The translations under genes were made by a program, and so were the position numbers. From positions 64,001-128,000 of IMG/VR virus record IMGVR_UViG_3300037067_026718: a DNA stretch of 64,000 nucleotides; one strand, given 5' to 3'. The notes under the pieces are model-generated. The model made no database searches. It was not told the origin of the DNA and saw nothing but the letters and a program-made list of their open reading frames with translations. Each line of letters starts with the position of its first letter. Positions within the stretch are counted from its first letter, which is position 1. Below are positions 46,990 through 55,935 of the stretch, piece after piece. Source of the DNA: a virus (Duplodnaviria > Caudoviricetes).

Positions 46990-47019
46990 TTATAGTTATA
47001 CCTGATTAAAGTAGTTTTT
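46990..47019 (-). promoter_or_regulatory. Class II motif AAAAAC-N10-AGGTATAACTATAA
   Basis: Intergenic; matches 9694-9723. Confidence 0.5.
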
Positions 47020-47048
47020 GGAGAGAAGAGTCTTTGCTGAGAAACAGA

Positions 47049-47073
47049 ACGCCCCGGCGGTTTTGCCGGGGCG
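47049..47073 (-). terminator. Probable terminator hairpin
   Basis: GCCCCGGC/GCCGGGGC stem followed by GTTCTGTTTCT. Confidence 0.5.
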
Positions 47074-47119
47074 CCCGGGGAGTGCAAGGCCAAAAGGCCT
47101 TTGCTTATATAACCAAGGG

Positions 47120-47323
47120 TTAGAGGCGGAGCAAGCTTTCAACCATGTCCTTCTCGGAATGGTTATGCCGTTCTTTCCATTCTTCCTGCTTGCCTCTGTT
47201 CCAGTCCTGGACCGGTCGGTAGTAGCCAACGATCCGCGAGAAGACCTCGCATTTAACGCCCTTGATTTGTCTTGTTGTTGATGCCTTCTTGACATCTTCT
47301 TGCTGCGTAAGTACATTAGGCAT
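47120..47323 (-). CDS. Stand-alone NrdD-type glycyl-radical domain
   Basis: CEVFSRIVGYYRPVQDWNRGKQEEWKER; GAAAGGAG RBS. Confidence 0.85.
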   Translation of the reverse strand: MPNVLTQQEDVKKASTTRQIKGVKCEVFSRIVGYYRPVQDWNRGKQEEWKERHNHSEKDMVESLLRL

Positions 47324-47499
47324 AAGAAACTCCTTTCTGGAGAATCTCGGGGGATTCAGGAACGACTCGAGGCGGAAGTTACAGGCTCCCGCCTCGCTTC
47401 TTTATCTCACGTCACGGCGTCTGATATTGTCATAGTTCAAGGCATTACCTCCTGAATAGATAGCCCCCGCCATACAAACGACGGGGGCATCATTCATTC

Positions 47500-48102
47500 C
47501 TAGCCTTCGATCAAGCCCGGGTCGACCTGATAGATCTCCTGGTACATGATCGATGCGTTCTCGGCTGCCATGTTGGTTCCGCTCGTCATGCTCAAGCTGT
47601 GCCCCGAGATGTAGCACACCTCGAAGAACAGGCCGGCATAGAGCTGCATGCGCATGTCGAACATCAGGAAGAACAGACCTGTCGGATTGTTGAACAACTC
47701 GGAGTTGACGTTGAAGAAAGCTGATCCGAAACCCGGCTTCCTGAAGAATGCCTGAGCCTCTTCATCGGTAACATCGGGATAGAGGGCTCTCAGAAGGCTG
47801 GGACCTGCAAAGAGCATCCTTCCGATGGCAAGAGATCCAGCACCACGGCCCGGCACCAGGAAGTTGCCACGAGAACCGATCTCGAAGCCTCTCCCTATCT
47901 GTTTGCCTTCGCGGTGTCCGAACTGCTGGACAAGACCAACGGTTTTGATGCTGTCCAGATTGGTGTTGTTCGAGAATACTGGATCACCTACGCAAACAAT
48001 CGATGACTCGGCATTGATGTGCTTGCCCAGGTAGTCTTCCGCCGAGTCATGGCCTACCCAGCCCTTCCTGTATTCCCAGTCCTTCAGCAGGTTGCTACCC
48101 AT
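47500..48102 (-). CDS. Tail tube protein
   Basis: VGLVQQF..., FEIGS..FLVPG, FFEVCYI; directly after the sheath. Confidence 0.8.
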   Translation of the reverse strand: MGSNLLKDWEYRKGWVGHDSAEDYLGKHINAESSIVCVGDPVFSNNTNLDSIKTVGLVQQFGHREGKQIGRGFEIGSRGNFLVPGRGAGSLAIGRMLFAGPSLLRALYPDVTDEEAQAFFRKPGFGSAFFNVNSELFNNPTGLFFLMFDMRMQLYAGLFFEVCYISGHSLSMTSGTNMAAENASIMYQEIYQVDPGLIEG

Positions 48103-48113
48103 GGCTTCTCTCC

Positions 48114-51032
48114 TTACACCATATAGATCTTGATGTGACCACCATTGAAGGGCGGCGTTGCCAACCCCTCCACTTCCAGAAGAATCAGCGTCCTGTCATC
48201 CTCGTCGACCTGGAACTTGATCATGGTCAAGCTCTGGAGAGCGCCCTTTTTGTCGACGATGAAGTTCCTCGAAGCGGTGTAGATGGTGTTGAGAAGGGCC
48301 ATGCCCTTCGCATCCAGCTTGAGGGTTCCAACAACCGAGTCGAAGTTGGTGATCAGGACTGTACCAGCGTAGTCGAACTGGTGAACGATGCTCTGCTCCA
48401 TGGTATTGACGGATGACATGTCAGTGGTGACCTGATGGATGCTGTACAAGGGCGAGTTTTCGGTGTCCTGCCACACAGCCTCGATACCACCCGAGATCAG
48501 ATGGTCGAGCGTGGCTTCGTCCTTGAAGCCGTCATCGGGCAGCACAATGCCGGTGAAGAAGAAGTTGACCTTGGCCTTGGTATGGGGCATGCCGACGTCA
48601 TTGGAGGCTGCCAGCCTTGCGCACCAGTACACCTGCCAGTAGTACGAAGGAACGGTGTGAGTCGCCCCTCTGTAGGTCCCCTTGAGGAAGTGTGGCCAAA
48701 CAAGACGGAATGCCCTGTTGGCGTAACCTTCGGCATAGGCTTTGTAGAGGCATGCTTCGTCGTAGGCTGTGTAGTAAGCGTTGACCACCCGGTAAGTCCA
48801 GTCGGTCATGTCGACGTCGGGGGTCTTGCTGTAGAGCGTGAGAGCGTCGGTTGCCACTGTCTTGATCCTCAGTTGGTCAACCACTTCTCCATCGGCATCG
48901 GAAAGCTCGAGATACCCTCCGGCAATAACCTCTGAGTCCACGAAGTCCTGAGTGATATCGGTGAAGACCAGGTTGTCTTCCTGGCCGCCCGGTACGTCCT
49001 GGGTGTCAACGGCCACGTTCTCCGAGATCCTGGGGAACGAACCGTATCCGCAGACCATTCTCGCGGTGTCGGGATCCCTCATCCAGTTCACGAACAGTTC
49101 CAGGAGGGAGTTAATCTGTGTGTTCTGAACCAGTGATACGAAGGAGTAGGCTGTTTCGTACCGGTTGAAAGTCCTCAGGTAGGTCAATGTCTTGGCCCAC
49201 TCGGTTTCATCGCAGAGGGAGTTGTCGACGAAAGCTTCGGGGTCGGATTCGTCGGGGCAGGAGATGAAGACTTCCTCGGCAACCTGCAGCGCCAGCCAAG
49301 TCCCAAACGCGATGGGGTTGTCGGGCACGATCGCCTGATTGCCGCCCATGGTGTCGAGCAGATTGGACCGGGTGACCCGTATGCGGCTTTCGTTGAGGTC
49401 CCCCCTGAGGGCGTAGTAACCGACGAAAGCCTTTCCCTTGGCCGGAAGAACGATCTTGTAGTCGACATACTGAAGGTTCATCATCGCCGGCAAGGAGAAC
49501 GTGCCGAGAAGAAGGAGTGAACCGTCGTCCTGGAGAGCAACGTAGATGGGATCGCTTGCCGTACCGTCAGCACGGTAGAGAACCACCATGGAGTAACCGG
49601 TAACAAGCTCCATCTCCGAGAAGTCAACGGTGTCGTCGGAAAGGCTCATGTCCGTCTCGTCTATGACGCCGTTGGCTGCCCGGGCTACGATCTTGTAGTA
49701 GTCGAAGTCGCCGCCTACTTTGTCTCCTGCCAACGGCAATGTACCTTCGACCATAAGATTGGCGGCTACCGCGGTAATCCTCTTGATCGTTGTAGTGACT
49801 CCGTCGTCAGCTCCGCCCGTCATGCCTGAAGCCGTTACAGTGGTTTCAGTGAAGGTGATGTCGATGTTACCTGCAGCCGAGTTGTTCTGGTTCTCGAGAT
49901 CGGCCTGTTCGGAATCTACGCCGTTGACCAGTGCGTCGATTTCGAGTGTCGATGCGTTGATGGCGTCAACCAAATTGGAGATCATCAAGGTGTCATCGTT
50001 GACATCTGATGAATCTCTTTCGGTGGCGACCAGGGTATAGCCGGGAGTGAGGTTGGTTCCTGGGATCCCTCCACCGGTAAGGCCGGCAACGGTGATGTTG
50101 GCGCCGGCTGCGACTATGGCGACATCGCCATCAGCCGAGTGGAAGTTGTTCGCCACGTAGACGTACCCGCCACCCGGGGTGCTGACCACGAAGACATCGG
50201 ATGCCGCTACATGCTGCGCTGTGATTGCGTTGGCAAGGTTGGCCACTGTAGCCGGTATGTCAAGTCCGATGAGAACCGCTACGTTGCCGGGTCCCACTCC
50301 ACCGCCGAGACCGTCATCGAACTCGTACGTTACGGCAGGGTCACCGGTACCGTCATCGATGACAATGGTGTCTCCATCCGCAGGAAGGCCGGTGAGGAGG
50401 ATAAATCCAGTCGGACGGTTGCCGTGGTCGAACTGGAAGGTGACGGCATGGCCTTCTCCATCCTCTATGTGGACGATGCTGCCGTTTACGTATGTGTCGG
50501 CGTTGATAACGCCTTCAGCGGGATGGCCAATAGAGAACTGCCTGAGCATCAGGTAGTCACCTATCTTGGCGTCGGTGTCAGTGCTGAATCCTACGGCCAG
50601 ACTGGAATCCTGGAACTCAGAGGCTCCGACTCTCCAGTCGTAGGCCGGATCTCCGGAAGCTTCCACTTCGTCCTTGACCGGGGTTGTGGTCTGGTCGGAA
50701 GTCACGACCACGATTCCGTCTTTGATCGTGATGGAATCTCCCGTCACTTCCCAGTTGTCACCGTCTTCGTCAGGTATGATTTCCTCTTTGCCGTTGGCGT
50801 CGAGAACGATCTTTACTGTGACTTTGCTCGGTATCACAGTTGCCTGATCCATGATGTCCGGAATCGCTGCCACCAGGTCAGAGCTTCTGTCGTAGTCACC
50901 GATGTAGGCTCCAGTTTCAACCTGGGCCAGGTGACCTACAAGCTGGAGTCTCAGAGTCGACGGAAACCTCACCCTGGGGGTGGAGGCGTCAATGAACTCC
51001 ATCGACATATGCGGTCTGCGGTAATCACTCAT
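48114..51032 (-). CDS. Tail sheath protein with inserted domains
   Basis: N-terminal YRRP..; C-terminal LDHLISGG, HQVTTDMSSVNTMEQSIV..D, PPFN..HIKIY. Confidence 0.85.
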   Translation of the reverse strand: MSDYRRPHMSMEFIDASTPRVRFPSTLRLQLVGHLAQVETGAYIGDYDRSSDLVAAIPDIMDQATVIPSKVTVKIVLDANGKEEIIPDEDGDNWEVTGDSITIKDGIVVVTSDQTTTPVKDEVEASGDPAYDWRVGASEFQDSSLAVGFSTDTDAKIGDYLMLRQFSIGHPAEGVINADTYVNGSIVHIEDGEGHAVTFQFDHGNRPTGFILLTGLPADGDTIVIDDGTGDPAVTYEFDDGLGGGVGPGNVAVLIGLDIPATVANLANAITAQHVAASDVFVVSTPGGGYVYVANNFHSADGDVAIVAAGANITVAGLTGGGIPGTNLTPGYTLVATERDSSDVNDDTLMISNLVDAINASTLEIDALVNGVDSEQADLENQNNSAAGNIDITFTETTVTASGMTGGADDGVTTTIKRITAVAANLMVEGTLPLAGDKVGGDFDYYKIVARAANGVIDETDMSLSDDTVDFSEMELVTGYSMVVLYRADGTASDPIYVALQDDGSLLLLGTFSLPAMMNLQYVDYKIVLPAKGKAFVGYYALRGDLNESRIRVTRSNLLDTMGGNQAIVPDNPIAFGTWLALQVAEEVFISCPDESDPEAFVDNSLCDETEWAKTLTYLRTFNRYETAYSFVSLVQNTQINSLLELFVNWMRDPDTARMVCGYGSFPRISENVAVDTQDVPGGQEDNLVFTDITQDFVDSEVIAGGYLELSDADGEVVDQLRIKTVATDALTLYSKTPDVDMTDWTYRVVNAYYTAYDEACLYKAYAEGYANRAFRLVWPHFLKGTYRGATHTVPSYYWQVYWCARLAASNDVGMPHTKAKVNFFFTGIVLPDDGFKDEATLDHLISGGIEAVWQDTENSPLYSIHQVTTDMSSVNTMEQSIVHQFDYAGTVLITNFDSVVGTLKLDAKGMALLNTIYTASRNFIVDKKGALQSLTMIKFQVDEDDRTLILLEVEGLATPPFNGGHIKIYMV

Positions 51033-51041
51033 GGTATCCTC

Positions 51042-51638
51042 CTAAGGCCCACGTACTTCAATTCGGACGACTGGAGCGTCTCTATGGTAAACATAATGTT
51101 CGCTTGTCTCGACTCTGAGCAGCACCGGTACATCCACCAACTCCATTCCTGCCTTTTCATCCTTTATTGTACTCGCTTTTCCCTCGCTGTCAAAGGTGAT
51201 GCTTCTGTACCTTCCGAGGGCATAAAGCTCATCCTTGTGAAAGCGGAAGATCATGCGTACGTACTTGGCCACTATCTCGGCGATGAACTTGTCATGGTGG
51301 AGGCAGTGGATAACGATCGGGCTCAGATCGGAGAACATGAATGAAGTCTTTGCTTCTCTAAAGTCGTGGTGTACAAGGTTCTGATGGAATGCCTGATATC
51401 GTTCTCTCTGCTGAAGAGCTTCGACCACAAGATGAACCGCAGAGCGCTGCTTGAGGGTTTCCTGGGAAAGAGAGTCTTCGAACCTGACAAACAGAGTGGA
51501 TCTCTCCGGGCTATCCGGAATTGCCAGAAGGTCCATCGTCTTCCCCGGACCTATCTCGATCGACCTCTGTCTTTGGAAGAAACTCTCGAGGAAATCCGCA
51601 AAGTCCTCCTTGACAGTCTCCTTGGTCATCACAGGCAT
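51042..51638 (-). CDS. Tail terminator/completion-like protein
   Basis: Size and position directly before the sheath. Confidence 0.5.
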   Translation of the reverse strand: MPVMTKETVKEDFADFLESFFQRQRSIEIGPGKTMDLLAIPDSPERSTLFVRFEDSLSQETLKQRSAVHLVVEALQQRERYQAFHQNLVHHDFREAKTSFMFSDLSPIVIHCLHHDKFIAEIVAKYVRMIFRFHKDELYALGRYRSITFDSEGKASTIKDEKAGMELVDVPVLLRVETSEHYVYHRDAPVVRIEVRGP

Positions 51639-51721
51639 CTGGTAGCACTACCTTTCCGCTGGTCCATACGATCAGGGATCCAGGGGCGACCATTTGCAGG
51701 TCACCCCCGGATCTCCTATCC

Positions 51722-54553
51722 CTAAGCCTCTTCGACGACGACTGTCCAGCCATTGATCTCAAGGGCTGCCATAGCGGCCAAGCCTGTCGCACTCGGCACG
51801 GCATTGCCGCTGAGGTCGATGTAGCAGGGATCCACGACACCGTCGTCGGTACCATTCTCCATTCCGGTAGCGGTGATGGAAGTACCTGCTTCAGTAATGA
51901 CCACGTTCCCGGCTGCTCCACCGTGCTGGTTGACAAGGTCGATGACCAACGGGCTCAGCTCCCGCACAAGAGCATCAATGTCAAGCGCGGAGAGGTTGAT
52001 GGCATCGCAGAGGTTTGAAGTCGTTTCCTCTTCGTTGGCGGTCATGATCACAGGAATGTTCGGGGCTACCACGTTGTCCCCGGGATCCACTCCGCCGGAC
52101 ATCCCAACGAGCTGAAGATTGGCGCTCGTGGTTGTCATCAGTACGTTGCCTGCCTCGAGGTAAGCCGAGTTCTTGAGGGAACAGACATTGAGAAGACCTC
52201 CGGCTGCATCGAAATCAAGATGCCCCAGGCCGGCCTCAGCATCAATCGCAGCTCTGAGGGCAACGCAAGTAGCGTTTCCGATCGTCGAGTCCGCTCCTCC
52301 AGCCAACCCGACTACATCGAAGGTTGTACCGACCTCAACCATGGGAACGTCACCGGCCACTCCCGGAACGTCGTGCGTGATGTTGAGCTGTTCGTCGTCG
52401 ACTCCATCTACTTCCGATGTAATACTGATACCAGCGGCATTGATCGCCGTGTTCAGAGCTGATATGACAGCAGCTCCGTCAATTGCATCTGCCTTGCTTC
52501 TTTCAACAGCGATCAGGACATTGCCTTCGGTTACATTGGCCCCTGGAGCCGCTCCGTTGGAAAGGCCTACGACGCTGATGTTGACGCCGGAGCAAGTGAT
52601 GGCCACGTTGCCGTCTTCGCTGTGGAAGTTGCTTATGAGTTGGATGGTGTCGTCTCCAGCAACAGACGCTGCCCATACTTCCGATACATCGGATGAAGAA
52701 GCCAGATCGATGGCTGTTTGAAGGTTGTCTCTGGTCCCGGCGAGAGTACCGGCGATGAGTACTTCAACATGGCCGGGGATGATGCCTCCGCCGTCATCAA
52801 ACTCGTATGTCAGGGCTGGGTTGACGCCGTCATCAATCGTAATGGTATCTCCTGCCGACGGGATATCAGCAAGGGTTATGTGGCCAGTAGGCCGGTCTCC
52901 ATGATCGACCTGGAACACCACCGCAGGCACAAGACCATCCTCTACCTGAACAGTATCGGCATTCTGGTAAGCGCCATAATTGATCGTACCGCTTGAATGG
53001 ACGGCCGATGATCCCGGAGTGATTGCTACGGCAACATGGCCTGGCTCAACAGCAGCATTGTCATCGAACTCGAACACCACTGGGTCGTTGACTCCGTCAT
53101 CTATGGTGAGGATCTCACCATCACTGGGATTTGCTCTGTTACCGACGAGGTCTTCCAAAGTGATGGATCCAGTAGCCTGAGTACCTTCATCAAGCTCGAA
53201 GGTTTCTTCGATGCCTTGACCGTCGTCGATGGTCACTGAATCACCCGTGGTGATGTTACCGGTGTTGAGGGTAAGCGTTCCGTTGGCATGCACGGCCAGT
53301 GTTCCGGCCATGTCTTCCAGGATATCGTCGACCATGGCTTCAGTGAGGCCGAGGTCCTTGAGGCTCATGTCCCATCCACCGTGGCCGCTCCAGTCACCGC
53401 CGTCGGTATAGGCATCCACAGCGCATCCGTCGAGGACGAAAATGTATCCATCCGCAGCCGCCATGTCGATGAGATCCGCCACGTCTCCTTCGATGAGGGA
53501 CCCCGAGATGTCCAGGTAGGTATTGAGCGGGGTTGCAGCAATGATGGCCGCGAGATCTCCTTCGACCTGAGTGCCTCCAAGATCAAGGACAAGAAGCTCA
53601 TCCATCGCTGCCGTCATTGTTTCTGCCGAACCGATGAGAGTAACGCAGCCATGAGCCAAGAAAAACTGCATGGCTACCAATGTGGCAAGGTCGGCAGCGT
53701 CGCCTTCAATGGCACTGCCATCCATTCGAAGGTCTGTCATCGCTGTATACCCTGCGAGGTTGACAATGTCGCCTTCGATCGCGGTATCAACGATGTTGAG
53801 CTTTGTGAGGGCTGCGGATGCCGTTCCGCCAAGGGATGTCAAATTACCCACCACCTGAGTTCCCTCGAGGTCGATTTCCCTGAAACCTTCAAGCAAGGCA
53901 AGCTCGCTGATGTTGCCGCGGATGTTGCTGTTGGAGCAGTCGAGATAGCAGAGTTCTTCGACCTCGCTTGCTCCCCTCAGCGTGGTGCCGAGGAAAGACC
54001 GTATGCCGGAAAGGTAGAGGGAGATGATGCCGGCTCCTTCGTTGACAGCCGCAAGGGCTTTCATTCCTCCGGAGATCACTGTCCGGGTGCCGTTGACGTG
54101 GAGGGTCTCCAGCAGCGGAAGCTTTGTCAGGACTCCCAGATCGAACCTCACCACTGCCGGGGTTTCCCCGGAGATGTTCATCTGGATGCCGGTCACTATG
54201 GCATACTCGCCGCGGATCCTTATGGGGAACACGCCGGATGACCGGTAGTAATGAGTAACGGTCATGATCGCGTCATCAAAGACTGCGGATGTTACAGAGG
54301 CATCTCCCCATTCAATGGTGAGCTCAGTGCCGTCGTAATCCGGAGACGGGCTGAAAAACCTGAATGTGAGAGGAACCACCATTCCTTCGCCTTCGACTTC
54401 CACGGCATCGGCCATGTCGACGTCTGCACTGCAAAGGCTGGCGCTGATCAGATCGATCTGCTCCCGCCTTTTCCTGTTGCTCTGGTTTCTGGAAATGAAT
54501 GATTCCCTGACAACAGGGAACCGTGGAGATGCGTAAATGTCCCGGTCACTCAT
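51722..54553 (-). CDS. Virion surface protein: PKD-like domain + leucine-rich repeats + four nested repeat domains
   Basis: TIEWGD..VTHYY..GVFPIRI; LxxLxLxxTxIxGDI repeats; start ATG 54553 with GGAGG RBS. Confidence 0.8.
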   Translation of the reverse strand: MSDRDIYASPRFPVVRESFISRNQSNRKRREQIDLISASLCSADVDMADAVEVEGEGMVVPLTFRFFSPSPDYDGTELTIEWGDASVTSAVFDDAIMTVTHYYRSSGVFPIRIRGEYAIVTGIQMNISGETPAVVRFDLGVLTKLPLLETLHVNGTRTVISGGMKALAAVNEGAGIISLYLSGIRSFLGTTLRGASEVEELCYLDCSNSNIRGNISELALLEGFREIDLEGTQVVGNLTSLGGTASAALTKLNIVDTAIEGDIVNLAGYTAMTDLRMDGSAIEGDAADLATLVAMQFFLAHGCVTLIGSAETMTAAMDELLVLDLGGTQVEGDLAAIIAATPLNTYLDISGSLIEGDVADLIDMAAADGYIFVLDGCAVDAYTDGGDWSGHGGWDMSLKDLGLTEAMVDDILEDMAGTLAVHANGTLTLNTGNITTGDSVTIDDGQGIEETFELDEGTQATGSITLEDLVGNRANPSDGEILTIDDGVNDPVVFEFDDNAAVEPGHVAVAITPGSSAVHSSGTINYGAYQNADTVQVEDGLVPAVVFQVDHGDRPTGHITLADIPSAGDTITIDDGVNPALTYEFDDGGGIIPGHVEVLIAGTLAGTRDNLQTAIDLASSSDVSEVWAASVAGDDTIQLISNFHSEDGNVAITCSGVNISVVGLSNGAAPGANVTEGNVLIAVERSKADAIDGAAVISALNTAINAAGISITSEVDGVDDEQLNITHDVPGVAGDVPMVEVGTTFDVVGLAGGADSTIGNATCVALRAAIDAEAGLGHLDFDAAGGLLNVCSLKNSAYLEAGNVLMTTTSANLQLVGMSGGVDPGDNVVAPNIPVIMTANEEETTSNLCDAINLSALDIDALVRELSPLVIDLVNQHGGAAGNVVITEAGTSITATGMENGTDDGVVDPCYIDLSGNAVPSATGLAAMAALEINGWTVVVEEA

Positions 54554-54612
54554 GATTTCTACCTCCGTTTTCTGGGCCGCAGGGCCCAACTGCTTACAAT
54601 GGGCACGCCTTC

Positions 54613-54640
54613 ATTGTACTCGTTTTGGAACAAAAGGCCA
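54613..54640 (-). promoter_or_regulatory. Class I promoter TGGCCT-16-TACAAT
   Basis: Intergenic, upstream of the LRR/sheath genes. Confidence 0.45.
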
Positions 54641-54649
54641 GTGGCCATA

Positions 54650-55498
54650 TCAGTCTTCTTCACGCGAGAAGTCTGGTATGATCTTGCTGCTGTCTCTTGT
54701 CTGTTTCCATCCCCTGTTTTCTCTTTTCTGCACGGCATCATACAAAGAAGGAACGCTCAGCTTGTATGTGGCGTCATCACTGGGGATCCTGTTGCCTGTG
54801 AATATCTGCCGAAAAGGAAACCCCTTCATATCGGTCACATTGATGCCAGGGGCTATTTCCCACCTTATCCCCATGCTGTCTACAATGAGATCCTTGGCCT
54901 TGAGGAGAGGATAGTTGGTCGTCCACATTCTGCGGGAATCAATGGGGATCTCTACGCCGGCGTAAACCATTCTTGTACTGTTGAGGTTGGACTTGGCAAT
55001 AAAGCCAAAAATAGGCGTGTAGTAGCCTCCAGCGACTCCCGTGCCATAACAGACATCGCAGGTTGAGGTAGCGCCGCCACGGCGTCCACAGACGGGGCAA
55101 CGAGGCCCCCAGGTCCTTCGGATGAAAAAGTGAGCCGGCTCTCCTACAGTCCTGAGAAGAGCCTCGAGTCTTTTAACCATATGGAGGGCTGCCTTGATAG
55201 GCTGGATCATAAATGTGGTTGGATCGCTTTCGTGCGAAACAGTAGTTGTCTCACTGGTTACAGAGCATTTTACTTTATAATAAAGGCGCCTAAGATACTG
55301 AGTAGGATCAATTGAAAAGTCTCTGTAGTAATTGTTGTCGCCGAGCGGTACTGAGTCCAACTCCGTCCAAGGTCCCTCCGGGGATTCAGACCTTGAGACA
55401 GTGATAACGGCTTCACCGGGAGCAATGTCCTCGATGCACCATTCTATCTCTACATGGTCTGCATGCAGCGGAAGGACCCTGACGTCGTAGACTTTCAT
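54650..55498 (-). CDS. Neck/head-closure protein (FN3-like + Zn finger)
   Basis: VSRSESPEGPW, YYKV; GPRCPVC..TCDVCYGTG..GGY; YPLLKAKDLIV. Confidence 0.6.
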   Translation of the reverse strand: MKVYDVRVLPLHADHVEIEWCIEDIAPGEAVITVSRSESPEGPWTELDSVPLGDNNYYRDFSIDPTQYLRRLYYKVKCSVTSETTTVSHESDPTTFMIQPIKAALHMVKRLEALLRTVGEPAHFFIRRTWGPRCPVCGRRGGATSTCDVCYGTGVAGGYYTPIFGFIAKSNLNSTRMVYAGVEIPIDSRRMWTTNYPLLKAKDLIVDSMGIRWEIAPGINVTDMKGFPFRQIFTGNRIPSDDATYKLSVPSLYDAVQKRENRGWKQTRDSSKIIPDFSREED

Positions 55499-55926
55499 GT
55501 TATGGATAACCCAGATACAAGTTGCCTGTTGATGCTCTGGGCTGTCTTGTACGTCTCGGCCCTCTTGGATGCCCGGGCGTAGATATCTGCCCTCATGGCC
55601 TGGAGAACCTGTATTTTCCGGCTGGAGTCCAGCATGATCTCGCCACCGGTTACATACGCCTGATCGTTATGGACAAGCACAAAGATGAGTCTCTCTATGA
55701 CCCTTGCCAAAGCGTAGTCCAGCAGTATGGAACGGGCAGGCATCGTCTTCAGCGTGTATGTGGTCGGAGTGGTCTCGATGTTGAAGTCCTCCAAAGCGTC
55801 TTGCAGCGCTTCGTGCATGACTTCCTCACCCAAAGCCACCCCGTCTTCCACGTTGTTGTAATCGGGGATGTCCATGAGGCGAGACCGCAGCCGACCGACT
55901 AGATCGTCAGGTCGTTTTGCCGGCAT
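55495..55926 (-). CDS. Head-tail adaptor-like protein
   Basis: Helical, LRSRLMD.., position after the capsid gene. Confidence 0.55.
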   Translation of the reverse strand: MPAKRPDDLVGRLRSRLMDIPDYNNVEDGVALGEEVMHEALQDALEDFNIETTPTTYTLKTMPARSILLDYALARVIERLIFVLVHNDQAYVTGGEIMLDSSRKIQVLQAMRADIYARASKRAETYKTAQSINRQLVSGLSIT

Positions 55927-55935
55927 GTGCTCTCC

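Noticed and set aside
47340-47400. Hairpin with a CTGTAAC loop suggesting a tRNA-Tyr anticodon arm or a riboswitch
   Set aside because: No cloverleaf, T-loop or recognisable riboswitch consensus could be assembled.
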